Below, in pieces: positions 51,354 through 61,088 of a stretch of 64,000 nt of DNA. Below the pieces are notes generated by a model. The model saw nothing but the letters and a program-made list of their open reading frames with translations, made no database searches and had not been told where the DNA came from. This stretch comes from Promethearchaeota archaeon (GTDB lineage: Archaea > Asgardarchaeota > Heimdallarchaeia > Hodarchaeales > Hodarchaeaceae). The position numbers and the translations under genes are program-made. The stretch spans positions 169,270 to 233,269 of the forward strand of contig JBHLMN010000009.1 of NCBI GenBank assembly GCA_048938105.1, in the 5' to 3' direction. Each line of letters starts with the position of its first letter. The first letter of the stretch is position 1.

Positions 51354-52267
51354 TCCATTCCTGTTTGACCATAAAGCTCCTGAAGAGGGGTGGGTAAGTT
51401 ATCGTTGGATGAGATCGGTTCATCATTCCAAATGAGTTTTACAGCGTCATCTATGAGTAATTTTTTTAAATTCCAACACTCTTTTAACGGAGATATATCT
51501 AATTCAGGTAATTTATTCTTTGATAACATTAAAGTGTGTAATTGGGGGCATGATCTCAGAGGGGAAATGTCTAGTGAGCTTAACTTGTTATCTCGTAATT
51601 CTAATGATTCAAGATTCAAACAATTACTTAGAGGAGTAAGGTTGATGTTGGTTAACTTATTCTTATTTAATTCAATTATCCTTAAGTATTTAAGTCCGTT
51701 TAAGGGTGAGAGCTCGCATGATGATAATTTATTATCTCTCAATCCTAGAAGTTCTAAGTTATGGCAAGAACTCAAAGGAGATAGATCAATTCTTGAGAGT
51801 TTATTGATAGAAAGTGATAAAACACGTAATCCTATACAAGAACTCAAGGGAGTAAGGTCAACGTTCAGAAATTTATTTCCAAATAAATGTAACTCTTTAA
51901 GTGCATTGTGGTCTTTCAAAGGTGCGAGATCTATATTCAATAGTCTATTCTTTTGCAATGAGAGAGTTTCAAGTTTTTTACATTCTTCTATTGGGGAAAG
52001 ATCGATTTCTGAAATAGAATTAAACTGTAATTCCAATCGTTTTAGTTCATTACTAAATGTGGGAAGCAAAATATTTTCGATTTTATTATGGCTGATACAT
52101 AAAGTTTCTAGATTCAGACATCGGTTTAAGGATGATAGATCAATAGCTTTTAAACGCTGATTTCCTTTTTTAGGACCTCTAAGATTGATTGTTTTAGTGA
52201 TGTGATCAATATATGTTTCCCAAGGTGATCCATCTAGAAAAATTCCTTTGATTTTAACTTTAGACAT
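51344..52267 (-). CDS. Leucine-rich repeat protein (22-aa IDLSPL-type repeats)
   Basis: About 9-10 repeats of LxxLxLxxNxLxxIDLxPLxxC. Confidence 0.92.
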   Translation of the reverse strand: MSKVKIKGIFLDGSPWETYIDHITKTINLRGPKKGNQRLKAIDLSSLNRCLNLETLCISHNKIENILLPTFSNELKRLELQFNSISEIDLSPIEECKKLETLSLQKNRLLNIDLAPLKDHNALKELHLFGNKFLNVDLTPLSSCIGLRVLSLSINKLSRIDLSPLSSCHNLELLGLRDNKLSSCELSPLNGLKYLRIIELNKNKLTNINLTPLSNCLNLESLELRDNKLSSLDISPLRSCPQLHTLMLSKNKLPELDISPLKECWNLKKLLIDDAVKLIWNDEPISSNDNLPTPLQELYGQTGMDYS

Positions 52268-52372
52268 TAATCATTTCCTCTGACTTGATTCGATGGCATC
52301 AGTTTCAGTAATAAAAGGGTTGGTAACTGTTCACATTTTTCTAGGAAAATATCGGTTTTTAAATCCTTTCAT

Positions 52373-52414
52373 GAGCCCATTAAGATGCGGGTTCGAGTCC
52401 TGCCCGGGCCGTCA
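52373..52414 (+). pseudogene. Orphan 3' half of a tRNA gene (T-arm plus 3' acceptor strand)
   Basis: T-stem GCGGG/CCTGC with TTCGAGT loop, then CCGGGCC-G; no complementary GGCCCGG 5' strand or D-arm seen upstream. Confidence 0.7.
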
Positions 52415-52421
52415 ACCTTGG

Positions 52422-52535
52422 TTATTCTTCTTCATTTGTTGTTTCTTTATGCTTCTCAAGTAGTTCACGGATTTTTTTCAATGAAAAATCCGAACCACAT
52501 GCTTCATCAATGATTTGTTTGTTTTCGTCGACCAT
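52422..52535 (-). CDS. Putative 37-aa small protein
   Basis: MVDENKQIIDEACGSDFSLKKIRELLEKHKETTNEEE*, preceded by GGAGAGTGA; below the ORF-track cutoff. Confidence 0.4.
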   Translation of the reverse strand: MVDENKQIIDEACGSDFSLKKIRELLEKHKETTNEEE

Positions 52536-52700
52536 ACAAACTTCACTCTCCCCAATAGACATTTAAGATCTTTCTTTTATATAAGTCGCACGGTTACAAC
52601 TTATGATCGAACCACTTTTGATGTTCAAGCTATTGTGAAATATTAAAAATTTCGTTAAATGGAAAAAGGAGAACATACTTTTAAAAATTCTTTAAAACAG

Positions 52701-52728
52701 ATCTGATATAACCAACGTTAAATGAAAT
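52701..52728 (+). repeat. dif-like 11-6-11 site A
   Basis: ATCTGATATAA-CCAACG-TTAAATGAAAT; arms 8/11 inverted. Confidence 0.65.
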
Positions 52729-52951
52729 CATATATAGGAACATGTATAGCTTTCTTAACGTATCCAAAGTGTAATGTAAAATTAATGTCTTATCAAGAAA
52801 AACGGATCAAGTCAATAAATGTCAAGGTATCTCGCTTTTTTAAGCTCCAATAATTAATATTAATTAGAAGCGATCCTTGTTAATCTTAATCAGGTTGCTT
52901 AGAAAGAATACCAACAATGTAATCCTAGAGTAAAGTAAAATTCTTTAACCT

Positions 52952-53443
52952 TTATTTGAGGGCTTTATCATTTGCTTCTGAAAGATGTTGTTGGCAAATT
53001 TTCCAACTTACATCACGTTTTTCCAGAATACCAGTCCATCGAATATTTTTTGATCCCCAAGGTTTTCCATCAAATTCTCCTTCATCATCTACTATTGCAG
53101 AGAACCAAGCAACATCTTTATTTTGCGAGATTACAATTTTAAGGTTTCTTATTTCAAATCCTTTAGCGATATTACGTGGATCCATCCATCCCTCTAAAAA
53201 TTTCTCAAATTCGTTCCAGCCTGTAGCTGTACTCTTAGAGTCTGGAAAATATGAAAAAAAATCATCGTCTTGTGCAAAGATACTTTCAAAGAGCGCACGA
53301 TCTTTTGTCAAAGCCCAACCAAAAGCATCGTGGAGTATTCTGCTAATCTCCTGCTTAATTTTAGTTTCATTTAACGAGGACATATTAAGTTCAACAAATT
53401 TGTCATGATTTGAAAATAAATATACATTATTTGATTGTGGCAT
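52952..53443 (-). CDS. NTF2/SnoaL-like domain protein (likely start 53383)
   Basis: DVAWFSA, IRWTGILEKRD..WKICQQHLS. Confidence 0.85.
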   Translation of the reverse strand: MPQSNNVYLFSNHDKFVELNMSSLNETKIKQEISRILHDAFGWALTKDRALFESIFAQDDDFFSYFPDSKSTATGWNEFEKFLEGWMDPRNIAKGFEIRNLKIVISQNKDVAWFSAIVDDEGEFDGKPWGSKNIRWTGILEKRDVSWKICQQHLSEANDKALK

Positions 53444-53552
53444 TCAGTCTACTCATAATCCGATATTATTTTGATCCAGTTTTCTGATTTGAGTTCTCTC
53501 TCAACTCGAAGTTAAAACACCACTGAATTATAAATATATATGTGAGACTATG

Positions 53553-54605
53553 TTATCGTCTCCTCTCTGTTAGAGCTTTTAGCCGGTCATATGCATCAGA
53601 GCTCTTTGAAAATGGGCATACCTTCACACACACTGAGCACCCAAAATATTGTGCAAAGTATTCGAAACATTTCTCTTGCGAGATATTGGTGACTCGGCCA
53701 GAATAATGTAGGATGGAGTCTCTTAGTATTGCTTTTGGGGGGCACTGCTTGATGCAGATCCCGCAAATGTTACAGTAATCTGCAATCCATTCATGGTCGT
53801 TTGAATCCGCGAATGGGAGATTCTTAATGCTCGTATAGACAGCTGCTAACCTCACTCTAGGGCCAAAATCCCGCGTTATCAGGAGCCCATGTTTCCCAAC
53901 CCAACCAATTCCAGCTTTCTGAGCTAGAGGAGGAAATAGGCTCAATCCTCCAAGTGGATGATCTGCCTGAGCTGCATAGCCCTGGTCTCTGAGAAACTCT
54001 GCAAGTCTGTTGGCTGCTTTTCCCAAATCGTCATAGGTTCCGAACACCATATTCAAGGTTGCTTGGCTTGGCGCTTTGTCGATTTTCTCTTTACTCATTT
54101 CCATTGCGAGAATGATGGCATTATCATAGAGAACTCCATAGTGGTGAAAGATGAGATCTTGTGGTAACTTCACGAATCCAACTTGGCTTACCCCTAAACT
54201 TCGGGAGTAGTCCTGAAGCTGCTCCAAAAACTCCTGAGGAACGTCTGAATTTGGATCCAGTGGATTTTCTTGAATTGAATCGACAGAGAGATGAATGTTT
54301 CTCAATATTGAAAGAAGGCGTCTAATGGGAAATATGTGCCTCATTTCGATATCATCTCGCTCTTGAAAGAGACTCAACATCTCCAGAGGTATCTCGAACC
54401 TAGTCGGAGAATTTGATGTCGAATGAAGAATCCCAGACATCTCAAGTAGCGATCTCTGCTTCGCAATCATTCGTGTGACTCTTGGTATACCGAATCTCAT
54501 GACGAACATTTTCGTGAACATGTGCTTTATTCTTATTTTCATCTTCTCACAAACTAGATTCATCCATTGTTTATTAAAATTCACCCAGATTATGTTATAT
54601 AACAA
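53553..54605 (-). CDS. Reductive dehalogenase/QueG-like cobalamin and 2x[4Fe-4S] protein (true start probably downstream of 54605)
   Basis: FLRDQGY, LAQKAGIGWVGKHGLLITRDFGPRVRL, CNICGICIKQCP and C...GCSVCVKVCP; no Tat signal. Confidence 0.85.
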   Translation of the reverse strand: MLYNIIWVNFNKQWMNLVCEKMKIRIKHMFTKMFVMRFGIPRVTRMIAKQRSLLEMSGILHSTSNSPTRFEIPLEMLSLFQERDDIEMRHIFPIRRLLSILRNIHLSVDSIQENPLDPNSDVPQEFLEQLQDYSRSLGVSQVGFVKLPQDLIFHHYGVLYDNAIILAMEMSKEKIDKAPSQATLNMVFGTYDDLGKAANRLAEFLRDQGYAAQADHPLGGLSLFPPLAQKAGIGWVGKHGLLITRDFGPRVRLAAVYTSIKNLPFADSNDHEWIADYCNICGICIKQCPPKAILRDSILHYSGRVTNISQEKCFEYFAQYFGCSVCVKVCPFSKSSDAYDRLKALTERRR

Positions 54606-54932
54606 ATACCAATATCTAATTGTGGAGTATTTTGCTAAGTGCCTATATTGCTAGATAAACTCAATGCTAGGTTCATGATTTATATAAAACTAGTTGGTTA
54701 TTCAATGAAGAACTATCCAATGATATCTGTAGAATTATATAGCATTTTACTAACGAACGGCGGTTTACTCATTAATGAATTATCCGTGAATATTTTATAT
54801 TTTAGCGTATAGATTAGTTGTTTTAGACAAAATTTTAAATTTACCACCTCTTATTATTGCATTAAAAGTCAGTTATAAATACTAATCCTACTATTGTTCA
54901 TCATTGATTATCTAATATATGGAGATACAAAA

Positions 54933-55885
54933 TTGTCTTAAGAGGAGATTGTCATAAAAACTACAGATCTTACTAAATATATAACGATGTTATTGCTCTA
55001 AAAAAATTAAATCTTGAAGTGAAAAAGCATTCAATCTTTGGATTTCTTGATCCAAATGGAGCTGGGAAGACTACGACGATTAAACTGTTAATTGGCTTAA
55101 TTCAACCCACTTCTGGTAGTGGGGAGATTTTTGGACTTAATTTCAAAAGTGAAAGCATGAAAATTCGCTCCCGAATTGGATATTTACCTCAAGAACCCTC
55201 TTTTTATGATCATCTTTGTGCTCAAGAAATATTAGACTTCACCGCTCGATTTTTCTTTAAGGGCCCTAAAATTGAAATAACTAAACGTATATCTGAAATG
55301 CTTGAGTTAGTTAGTCTTTCAGATAAAGCAAATCGGCCTGTAAAAGGTTATTCTACAGGTGAGAAACAACGATTGGGGATTGCACAAGCGATGATCAATT
55401 ATCCTGATCTCTTGATTTTAGATGAACCGGCTGCTTCTTTGGATCCAGTTGGTCGTCAAGACGTATTGAATATCATGTCAAAACTCCGTGAATATACCAC
55501 GATCTTCTATTCAACACACATTTTAGATGATGTCCAAAGGGTAAGTGATAATGTAGCAATTCTGAATAGAGGAATGTTGGTATCAGAGGGATCAATCGAA
55601 GAAATATTATCAAAAAAGGAGGAAATAATTTTCAGTGCTAAAATCCAAGGAGATATTTCTAAAATTAAATCACTGGTTTCCTCTTGTGAATGGATCTCTG
55701 ATATTCATACTACTCAATTAAAAGAAAAAGACAAATTCCGTGTAGAGTTTACTGTATCAAATGAAAAACAAGCAGAGAAATACCTGCTTAGAGAATTAAT
55801 GAAGGATAATTCTTTAGTAATCAGTGATTTTCGACGTCAAGAATATAATTTGGAAGATATTTTTATGACAATAGTTGAGGGATAG
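54933..55885 (+). pseudogene. ABC transporter ATP-binding subunit, disrupted
   Basis: TTG-TCT-TAA early stop; IVIKTTDLTK is out of frame with YNDVIALKKLNLEV; Walker A reads DPNGAGKT; remainder intact (LILDEP, STH). Confidence 0.75.
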
Positions 55886-55887
55886 AG

Positions 55888-56679
55888 ATGTATACAAATG
55901 AGAAAATGGAAGAAAAGCTATCATTAAATTGGACTCGTGGATTTGATAACCAATTTCGAATTGAATTGTCAAGATGGTTCAAAGGAAAAAAATTTGTAAC
56001 TCACTTGCTTTTGTGGTGTGGAACTATAAACGGCCTCATACAATTACTCTGGTTACAATCACCTCATATAGAAACATACCTCCCGATAATGCTGTTTAGT
56101 ATTCTAGAAGGTTTAGTCCCCTCAATTGGAATAATAATTTTAATGCAAGAATCAATTGCTGGTGAGATTAAGACTGGTACCGCGTCATGGATACTTTCGA
56201 AACCTATCTCAAGAGAATCCTATATTCTTGCCAAATGGTTAGGAAATTTGATAGGGGCTACCGTAACAATGATTATTATACCTTCTATCATATTTCATCT
56301 TCAATTATTGATATTTACTGACTTGACAATAAATTATAGTATGTTAATCCCAGTAATTTTAGTATTAACGCTAAATATGCTACTTTATTTATCATTTACA
56401 CTTTTTATGGGTTCATTTCAACGAAATTCAGCTTTAATTATTGCTTTACCAATTGGAATCTATTTGTTACAACAGTTTATCCTAGTGATTTTTGATTTTA
56501 TGGTTGATTATATTCCGTGGGGATTAACAGCACCATTATTAGATGATACACCAAGTATTGTAGTATCACTAATTTCAGGACTAGATCCTTTCTCATTAAT
56601 GCCAATGATTTCAATTTCAGTGTACATTCTCGTGTTTTTGATATTAGCTAAAATGATAATGCAGAGGCAGGAGATTTAG
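55888..56679 (+). CDS. ABC-2 type permease
   Basis: 6 TM; SIAGEIKTGTASWILSKPISRESYILAKW. Confidence 0.88.
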   Translation: MYTNEKMEEKLSLNWTRGFDNQFRIELSRWFKGKKFVTHLLLWCGTINGLIQLLWLQSPHIETYLPIMLFSILEGLVPSIGIIILMQESIAGEIKTGTASWILSKPISRESYILAKWLGNLIGATVTMIIIPSIIFHLQLLIFTDLTINYSMLIPVILVLTLNMLLYLSFTLFMGSFQRNSALIIALPIGIYLLQQFILVIFDFMVDYIPWGLTAPLLDDTPSIVVSLISGLDPFSLMPMISISVYILVFLILAKMIMQRQEI

Positions 56680-56866
56680 GACAGTTTTTACCTCTATTTT
56701 TCTATCGAATACTCCAGTGTTTCGATTTCTTCTTTTGTTCCACAAAAAAAATCTACAGTTTAATGTTAGCTGATTTATCTCCGAAAATTTCTCCTATATC
56801 CCTGCTGTCATCCTTTCTCTCAAACCAGAACTAATTGATTTGATCTTTCAACTTTATATATAACAG

Positions 56867-56894
56867 ATGTGCAATAACCAACGTTCATTGACAT
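56867..56894 (+). repeat. dif-like 11-6-11 site B
   Basis: ATGTGCAATAA-CCAACG-TTCATTGACAT. Confidence 0.7.
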
Positions 56895-56929
56895 TTTCAG
56901 GGATTCCCCCTGTTTGTAGATTCTGGATC

Positions 56930-57676
56930 CTACATATTTGTTTCATATGATCTTCCTAATCGTAGCAGGTCTAATCCAAGAAAGATATACCAAGGAATGT
57001 AAAATATCCCAGCAACAAGTAAAAGAGGGGCTGATATGGAGGGAAGGAAAATATGAAATGCATGTTGGAATAAATCCAATCCTGTAGCAAGGATTCCTGA
57101 GATAACAGTTCGTTTTTTGAATTCATTACTTTGTAACATCAACATAGAAATCATTAAGAATGACCCTAAGAAAAGAATACCCATCACATAACCTGCAGTA
57201 TTATGCCACAAGCTATTGGCTAAAACAGCTTCCCCTGCTGCTAATAATTGTTCTTTCAGAGCATCTGTAGAAGCAGCAGCATATCGATCACTAAGGTAAA
57301 AGAGAGAAAAAATTTCATTTGCGATAAGTCCCATAGTTGTTGAAATAAAGATAAATGCTGTAAACATACTTATTAGTGCTTCATTTCTCTTTCTAAGGAC
57401 TGCAAAAATACCTAAACTGGTAAAATAATTACAAATCATAAAAGCCACCATTGGAAGATCCATTAGAAAAATGGCTGCCAACCTATCATTATTGATCATG
57501 TTAAAATAATCACTAGCAGAATCTAATGGTAAATAATCAGTAGCTATTGATAAAGGCATCTCTATTGCAAAGACTATTGCTAAATACGCTAATTGTATAA
57601 ACACAGCTATACTTGCAATCTTTATTATGTCATTCCAACTCTTATATGTCTCCTTTATTGCTAATTTCTCACTCAT
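56930..57676 (-). CDS. DUF4386-like membrane protein
   Basis: About 6 TM; LSDRYAAASTD..K.QLLAAGEAVLA motif. Confidence 0.75.
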   Translation of the reverse strand: MSEKLAIKETYKSWNDIIKIASIAVFIQLAYLAIVFAIEMPLSIATDYLPLDSASDYFNMINNDRLAAIFLMDLPMVAFMICNYFTSLGIFAVLRKRNEALISMFTAFIFISTTMGLIANEIFSLFYLSDRYAAASTDALKEQLLAAGEAVLANSLWHNTAGYVMGILFLGSFLMISMLMLQSNEFKKRTVISGILATGLDLFQHAFHIFLPSISAPLLLVAGIFYIPWYIFLGLDLLRLGRSYETNM

Positions 57677-57927
57677 TCTTTTTTCAACTCATTATTTTTT
57701 CATGAATAATATTTGTTATACTATTACTCATCTATATATGAGTTATAGTATGAGCTATTTAAAGGAAGCTATTGTGTCATCTTGTATAAAATTACAAGAA
57801 AATTAGAAAAAATTAATTGCTAGAGCTTTTCCGAATGTGGTATATTTTGCATTATACTTAAAATATTCGAATTTTGAGATACACAGATACCAATTACTAA
57901 AAAAAAAACAACACTACGATGTATTTT

Positions 57928-57992
57928 TTTCAAAAACTTAACTTACACACATTTGAACTTATTAAAATATTTTATCAGTTATGTCGCAAAAT
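57928..57992 (+). repeat. Dispersed repeat of about 65 bp, copy 2
   Basis: Matches 46509-46574. Confidence 0.75.
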
Positions 57993-58234
57993 AATTGATT
58001 TAACTCTCCAGTTAAAGAATTATACTTTAATTTTAAGTCTGGATTTGTTTCCAGAAGCTCAGAAATCTGATTCTTAAGATTATCTACACTTTTTTGTTTT
58101 TCATCAACTTTTCTTGATAATATCCCACGAATCCTACGGTTTTTCTCTAGCTTTTGTTCAAGTTCTGTCTTTTTTTGTTGATAGAGATTTTCAAGCTCCT
58201 TATCCGATAACTATTCAAGTTTTTCTCTTGTCAA
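57962..58234 (-). pseudogene. Small coiled-coil ORF with in-frame TAG at codon 8
   Basis: MTREKLE*LSDKELENLYQQKKTELEQKLEKNRRIRG...DKIF*. Confidence 0.5.
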
Positions 58235-58791
58235 CAACGAAATTTACTCTTATAATGAGTAGGGAAGTTGATTTTTTAAATTATTAGTTGAAAAATGAAG
58301 CCTTGTTAAGAAACTATCTATAATATTGCTAAGAATCTCATTTTGATTAATAGATAAGAAATTAGAAGCTAATAGTTGATCGTTTGGATATTTAGAGCCT
58401 AAAATTCTAAGAAAGTCAACACAAAACATTCTAAAAAGATTAATTGCGTCTGGTTCTAGGTATATTCAGTCATTTAGTATATAATATTATTGTATTGGTT
58501 TTCCGATTTTATTTAGAATAGAATTGTTTTGTAATAGTTGGAGGTAAAATGAACTGAATTGAAAATAAAACCAGAATAATTGTTATTAAAAATTTAAAAA
58601 ACCATACAAGGATCATCAAACCACTATTATAGTAATATTTGTCAATACCAGTTGAGTATAAGTATTTTAGGATATTTTATCCTCTTAGCTTGAATTACCT
58701 TAGGATTAAGTTCATAAAGACTTATCATCTGAAATTTCTGTTTACGAGAAGAATTATTATAGTGATAATTTCATATTAAAACTCTTCCTTT

Positions 58792-58808
58792 TCAACGTTT
58801 AACGATGT
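58792..58808 (+). repeat. dif-like half-site E (spacer plus right arm)
   Basis: TCAACG-TTTAACGATGT; 13 bp CAACGTTTAACGA identical to site C. Confidence 0.5.
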
Positions 58809-59192
58809 CAGCCTTATCAATTCGTGTTATAATAAGTCCATTTGAATACACGCATCCATATACACCTTTTTAATAATGTACTCATACCCAAGAAAAGTTT
58901 AAATAACGGAAAAGGTATTTTAAGTATAGTTCACAAATTGAGAAAATTCACATAGAAAATTGTATAAATTGAACAGAATGATAAAATCGCTTATTTATCT
59001 AACCTTTCAGTAATTGAAACCATTAAAGATCTAATAATTAAAATCATTCCCAATCGGACTCTTACATTAAAAACAGCATCAAAAATAAATCTGGATCTAG
59101 GATATCAATTCAATCAATGATAGCAATAAATCCAAACAGAAAGGAAGAAGAAATATCGAGTTGACTGAACCTAGAAGAAGCTTGGATTAATA

Positions 59193-59387
59193 ATGTTCCG
59201 ACAGAAATATAGAGTTGGTATCGCGTTTGTGTTACTAACAACTTTGATGATTGGAATAATAACAGGAAATGCCATCGGAGATTATGTCTTAAGTAACACA
59301 GCACATATTAAGATTAAGATTAAGCTGCTACTTACTTTGGGGAATGGACAACTCTTACTTAAGTCTATAGTGGATTTTATTCTTTAG
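59193..59387 (+). pseudogene. Truncated paralog of the downstream surface protein
   Basis: VGIAFVLLTTLMIGIITGNAIGDYVLSN vs VGIAILATLMIGIMVGIAIDYLLLSN. Confidence 0.55.
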
Positions 59388-59405
59388 ATTCAAAAAACGA
59401 ATATA

Positions 59406-59972
59406 GTGGAATTAGAAATGACAAATATTAGAGGAATTAAAACCAAAAAAACTGTTGGGATTGCTATTCTAGCAACCTTGATGATTGGAATAATGGTAGG
59501 TATTGCTATTGATTATTTATTGCTAAGTAACGAGGCAAGTTTTAACATTACCCTACAGACTGGTTTACCGTTGAATTGCCAATTCACAAAGGAACCTAGC
59601 GGTAACATTTATGTAGATCAGTGGTATAATCAATCTATTGAAGTCACAGTAACAAATAACGACGATTACCAAGGATATAATATTCTTTACCACATAAATA
59701 TCACAGCAAGTGGGATAACTAGTGGAAACATTGAAATGCTTGCTCGCGTAAAAGGGCAAATAACAGGTGTCTGGTCTAGTAATTACACTTTATCCTTCAG
59801 TACAATAGACACAGATATAATCCATGCCACATTTCTTGCTAGTGAAACATTAATAGCCAAATCTGGTGAAAATGACGACGTTCTTATTGCACAAATATTT
59901 TTCAGAATTCTTAGCGGTGCACCAACTGGTCAATGGGATGTCGATCTCTGGATAGAAGGTTATCCTGAATAA
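59406..59972 (+). CDS. Exported beta-rich (Ig-like) protein with N-terminal signal/TM
   Basis: KTKK plus hydrophobic helix, then alternating beta-strand patterns and several NxS/T sequons. Confidence 0.75.
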   Translation: MELEMTNIRGIKTKKTVGIAILATLMIGIMVGIAIDYLLLSNEASFNITLQTGLPLNCQFTKEPSGNIYVDQWYNQSIEVTVTNNDDYQGYNILYHINITASGITSGNIEMLARVKGQITGVWSSNYTLSFSTIDTDIIHATFLASETLIAKSGENDDVLIAQIFFRILSGAPTGQWDVDLWIEGYPE

Positions 59973-60031
59973 TTACACATTTCTTCTTTTTCTCAATAAG
60001 CTTATCACAAATACTTTTTGGTGAAGAAGAA

Positions 60032-60760
60032 ATGAATAATAGATCGACAATCAGACTTTTTATAGTTGGTATTCTCATTCTGACCTTTTTTTTGTCCCAA
60101 AATTCGCTTTGGACCTCAAAAAGTAATGATCAAAGAACATCCCCTTTGAAATTCTCTCTCACTAAAGAAGAAGAAGAAGAGTATATTACATTTGGTGATC
60201 TCCAAAATTCAACTAATTATAAGGTAGTTGGTTCAGATCCTTCTGCAATTCCAGGAGAATTTCACAATGTTCAAGTAAATATAACCTTATACGCTATATC
60301 AATTTGGTTTAATACCACTAAACCCTTATTTAATATAATAAACCATAATGAAAATGATATAGACCTTGTTTTTAGGGCATCAAAAGGCAATAGGAAGTTC
60401 CAATGGATCGTAATGAAATTTTTGCAAATAGAAACAAATACATGGGCTTCTATTATCTGGAATGATACAGGTGACGTTACCTTTCAAGGTGATTGGAAAT
60501 CTCAAAGAGAAAACCCTCAGGAAGAAAGAGGATCTCTCCAAATACCTGGAACAAGAAATAAAATTACCAATTCAGTTAGTTTTTTCTCAATGTCTATACT
60601 ACTTGATAAGAACATTATGAAGTCAGATATTCAAAATCTCCATTGGCGTCTAGAGCTTATGCGGGTAGTAGAAGAAAAAAAATCTCCAGGATTCTCGCTA
60701 TTTCCAAGTATTATAACTCTTATAATTTTCTTCGTTTTCTTTAGAAAAAGAAAAAAATAA
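60032..60760 (+). CDS. Surface protein with signal peptide and PGF-CTERM-like anchor
   Basis: N-terminal signal; C-terminal SPGF-TM-RKRKK. Confidence 0.8.
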   Translation: MNNRSTIRLFIVGILILTFFLSQNSLWTSKSNDQRTSPLKFSLTKEEEEEYITFGDLQNSTNYKVVGSDPSAIPGEFHNVQVNITLYAISIWFNTTKPLFNIINHNENDIDLVFRASKGNRKFQWIVMKFLQIETNTWASIIWNDTGDVTFQGDWKSQRENPQEERGSLQIPGTRNKITNSVSFFSMSILLDKNIMKSDIQNLHWRLELMRVVEEKKSPGFSLFPSIITLIIFFVFFRKRKK

Positions 60761-60828
60761 AGAGAATCACCACAGAAAAAAATGATAATTTAAGAATGTT
60801 ATAAGTCTTGTTTGACGAAATCTAGAAA

Positions 60829-60856
60829 ATGTCGTATAACCAACGTTTAACGACAT
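60829..60856 (+). repeat. dif-like 11-6-11 site C (most palindromic)
   Basis: ATGTCGTATAA-CCAACG-TTTAACGACAT; arms 9/11 inverted. Confidence 0.72.
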
Positions 60857-61088
60857 ATTCAAGGATTTTCCACACTGAAATTTCAAGGAAGCTAGCTTTA
60901 ACAATTATAATCATCGTTTGAAGACAAAAAAAGGACTGTTCTATCAGAATTTATTTCAATTGATTGGTATCTATGATATATTTATAATATTGTAGAAGTC
61001 GAAAAATGTAATTTCAGGAATAGTATAGGAGTGTCGTTAAATTGATATACTATCATATTTCCTTTTTTAGTTATTAAATCTGTTTGCT

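Noticed and set aside
51390-52160. 256-aa repetitive plus-strand ORF
   Set aside because: Antisense mirror of the LRR gene; its periodicity derives from the LRR codons
52956-53408. 150-aa plus-strand ORF
   Set aside because: Antisense to the SnoaL-like gene
57680-59190. 1.5-kb AT-rich gap as a replication origin or ncRNA
   Set aside because: No ORB-like repeats or adjacent orc1/cdc6 and no GC-rich structure; contains decayed ORF debris instead
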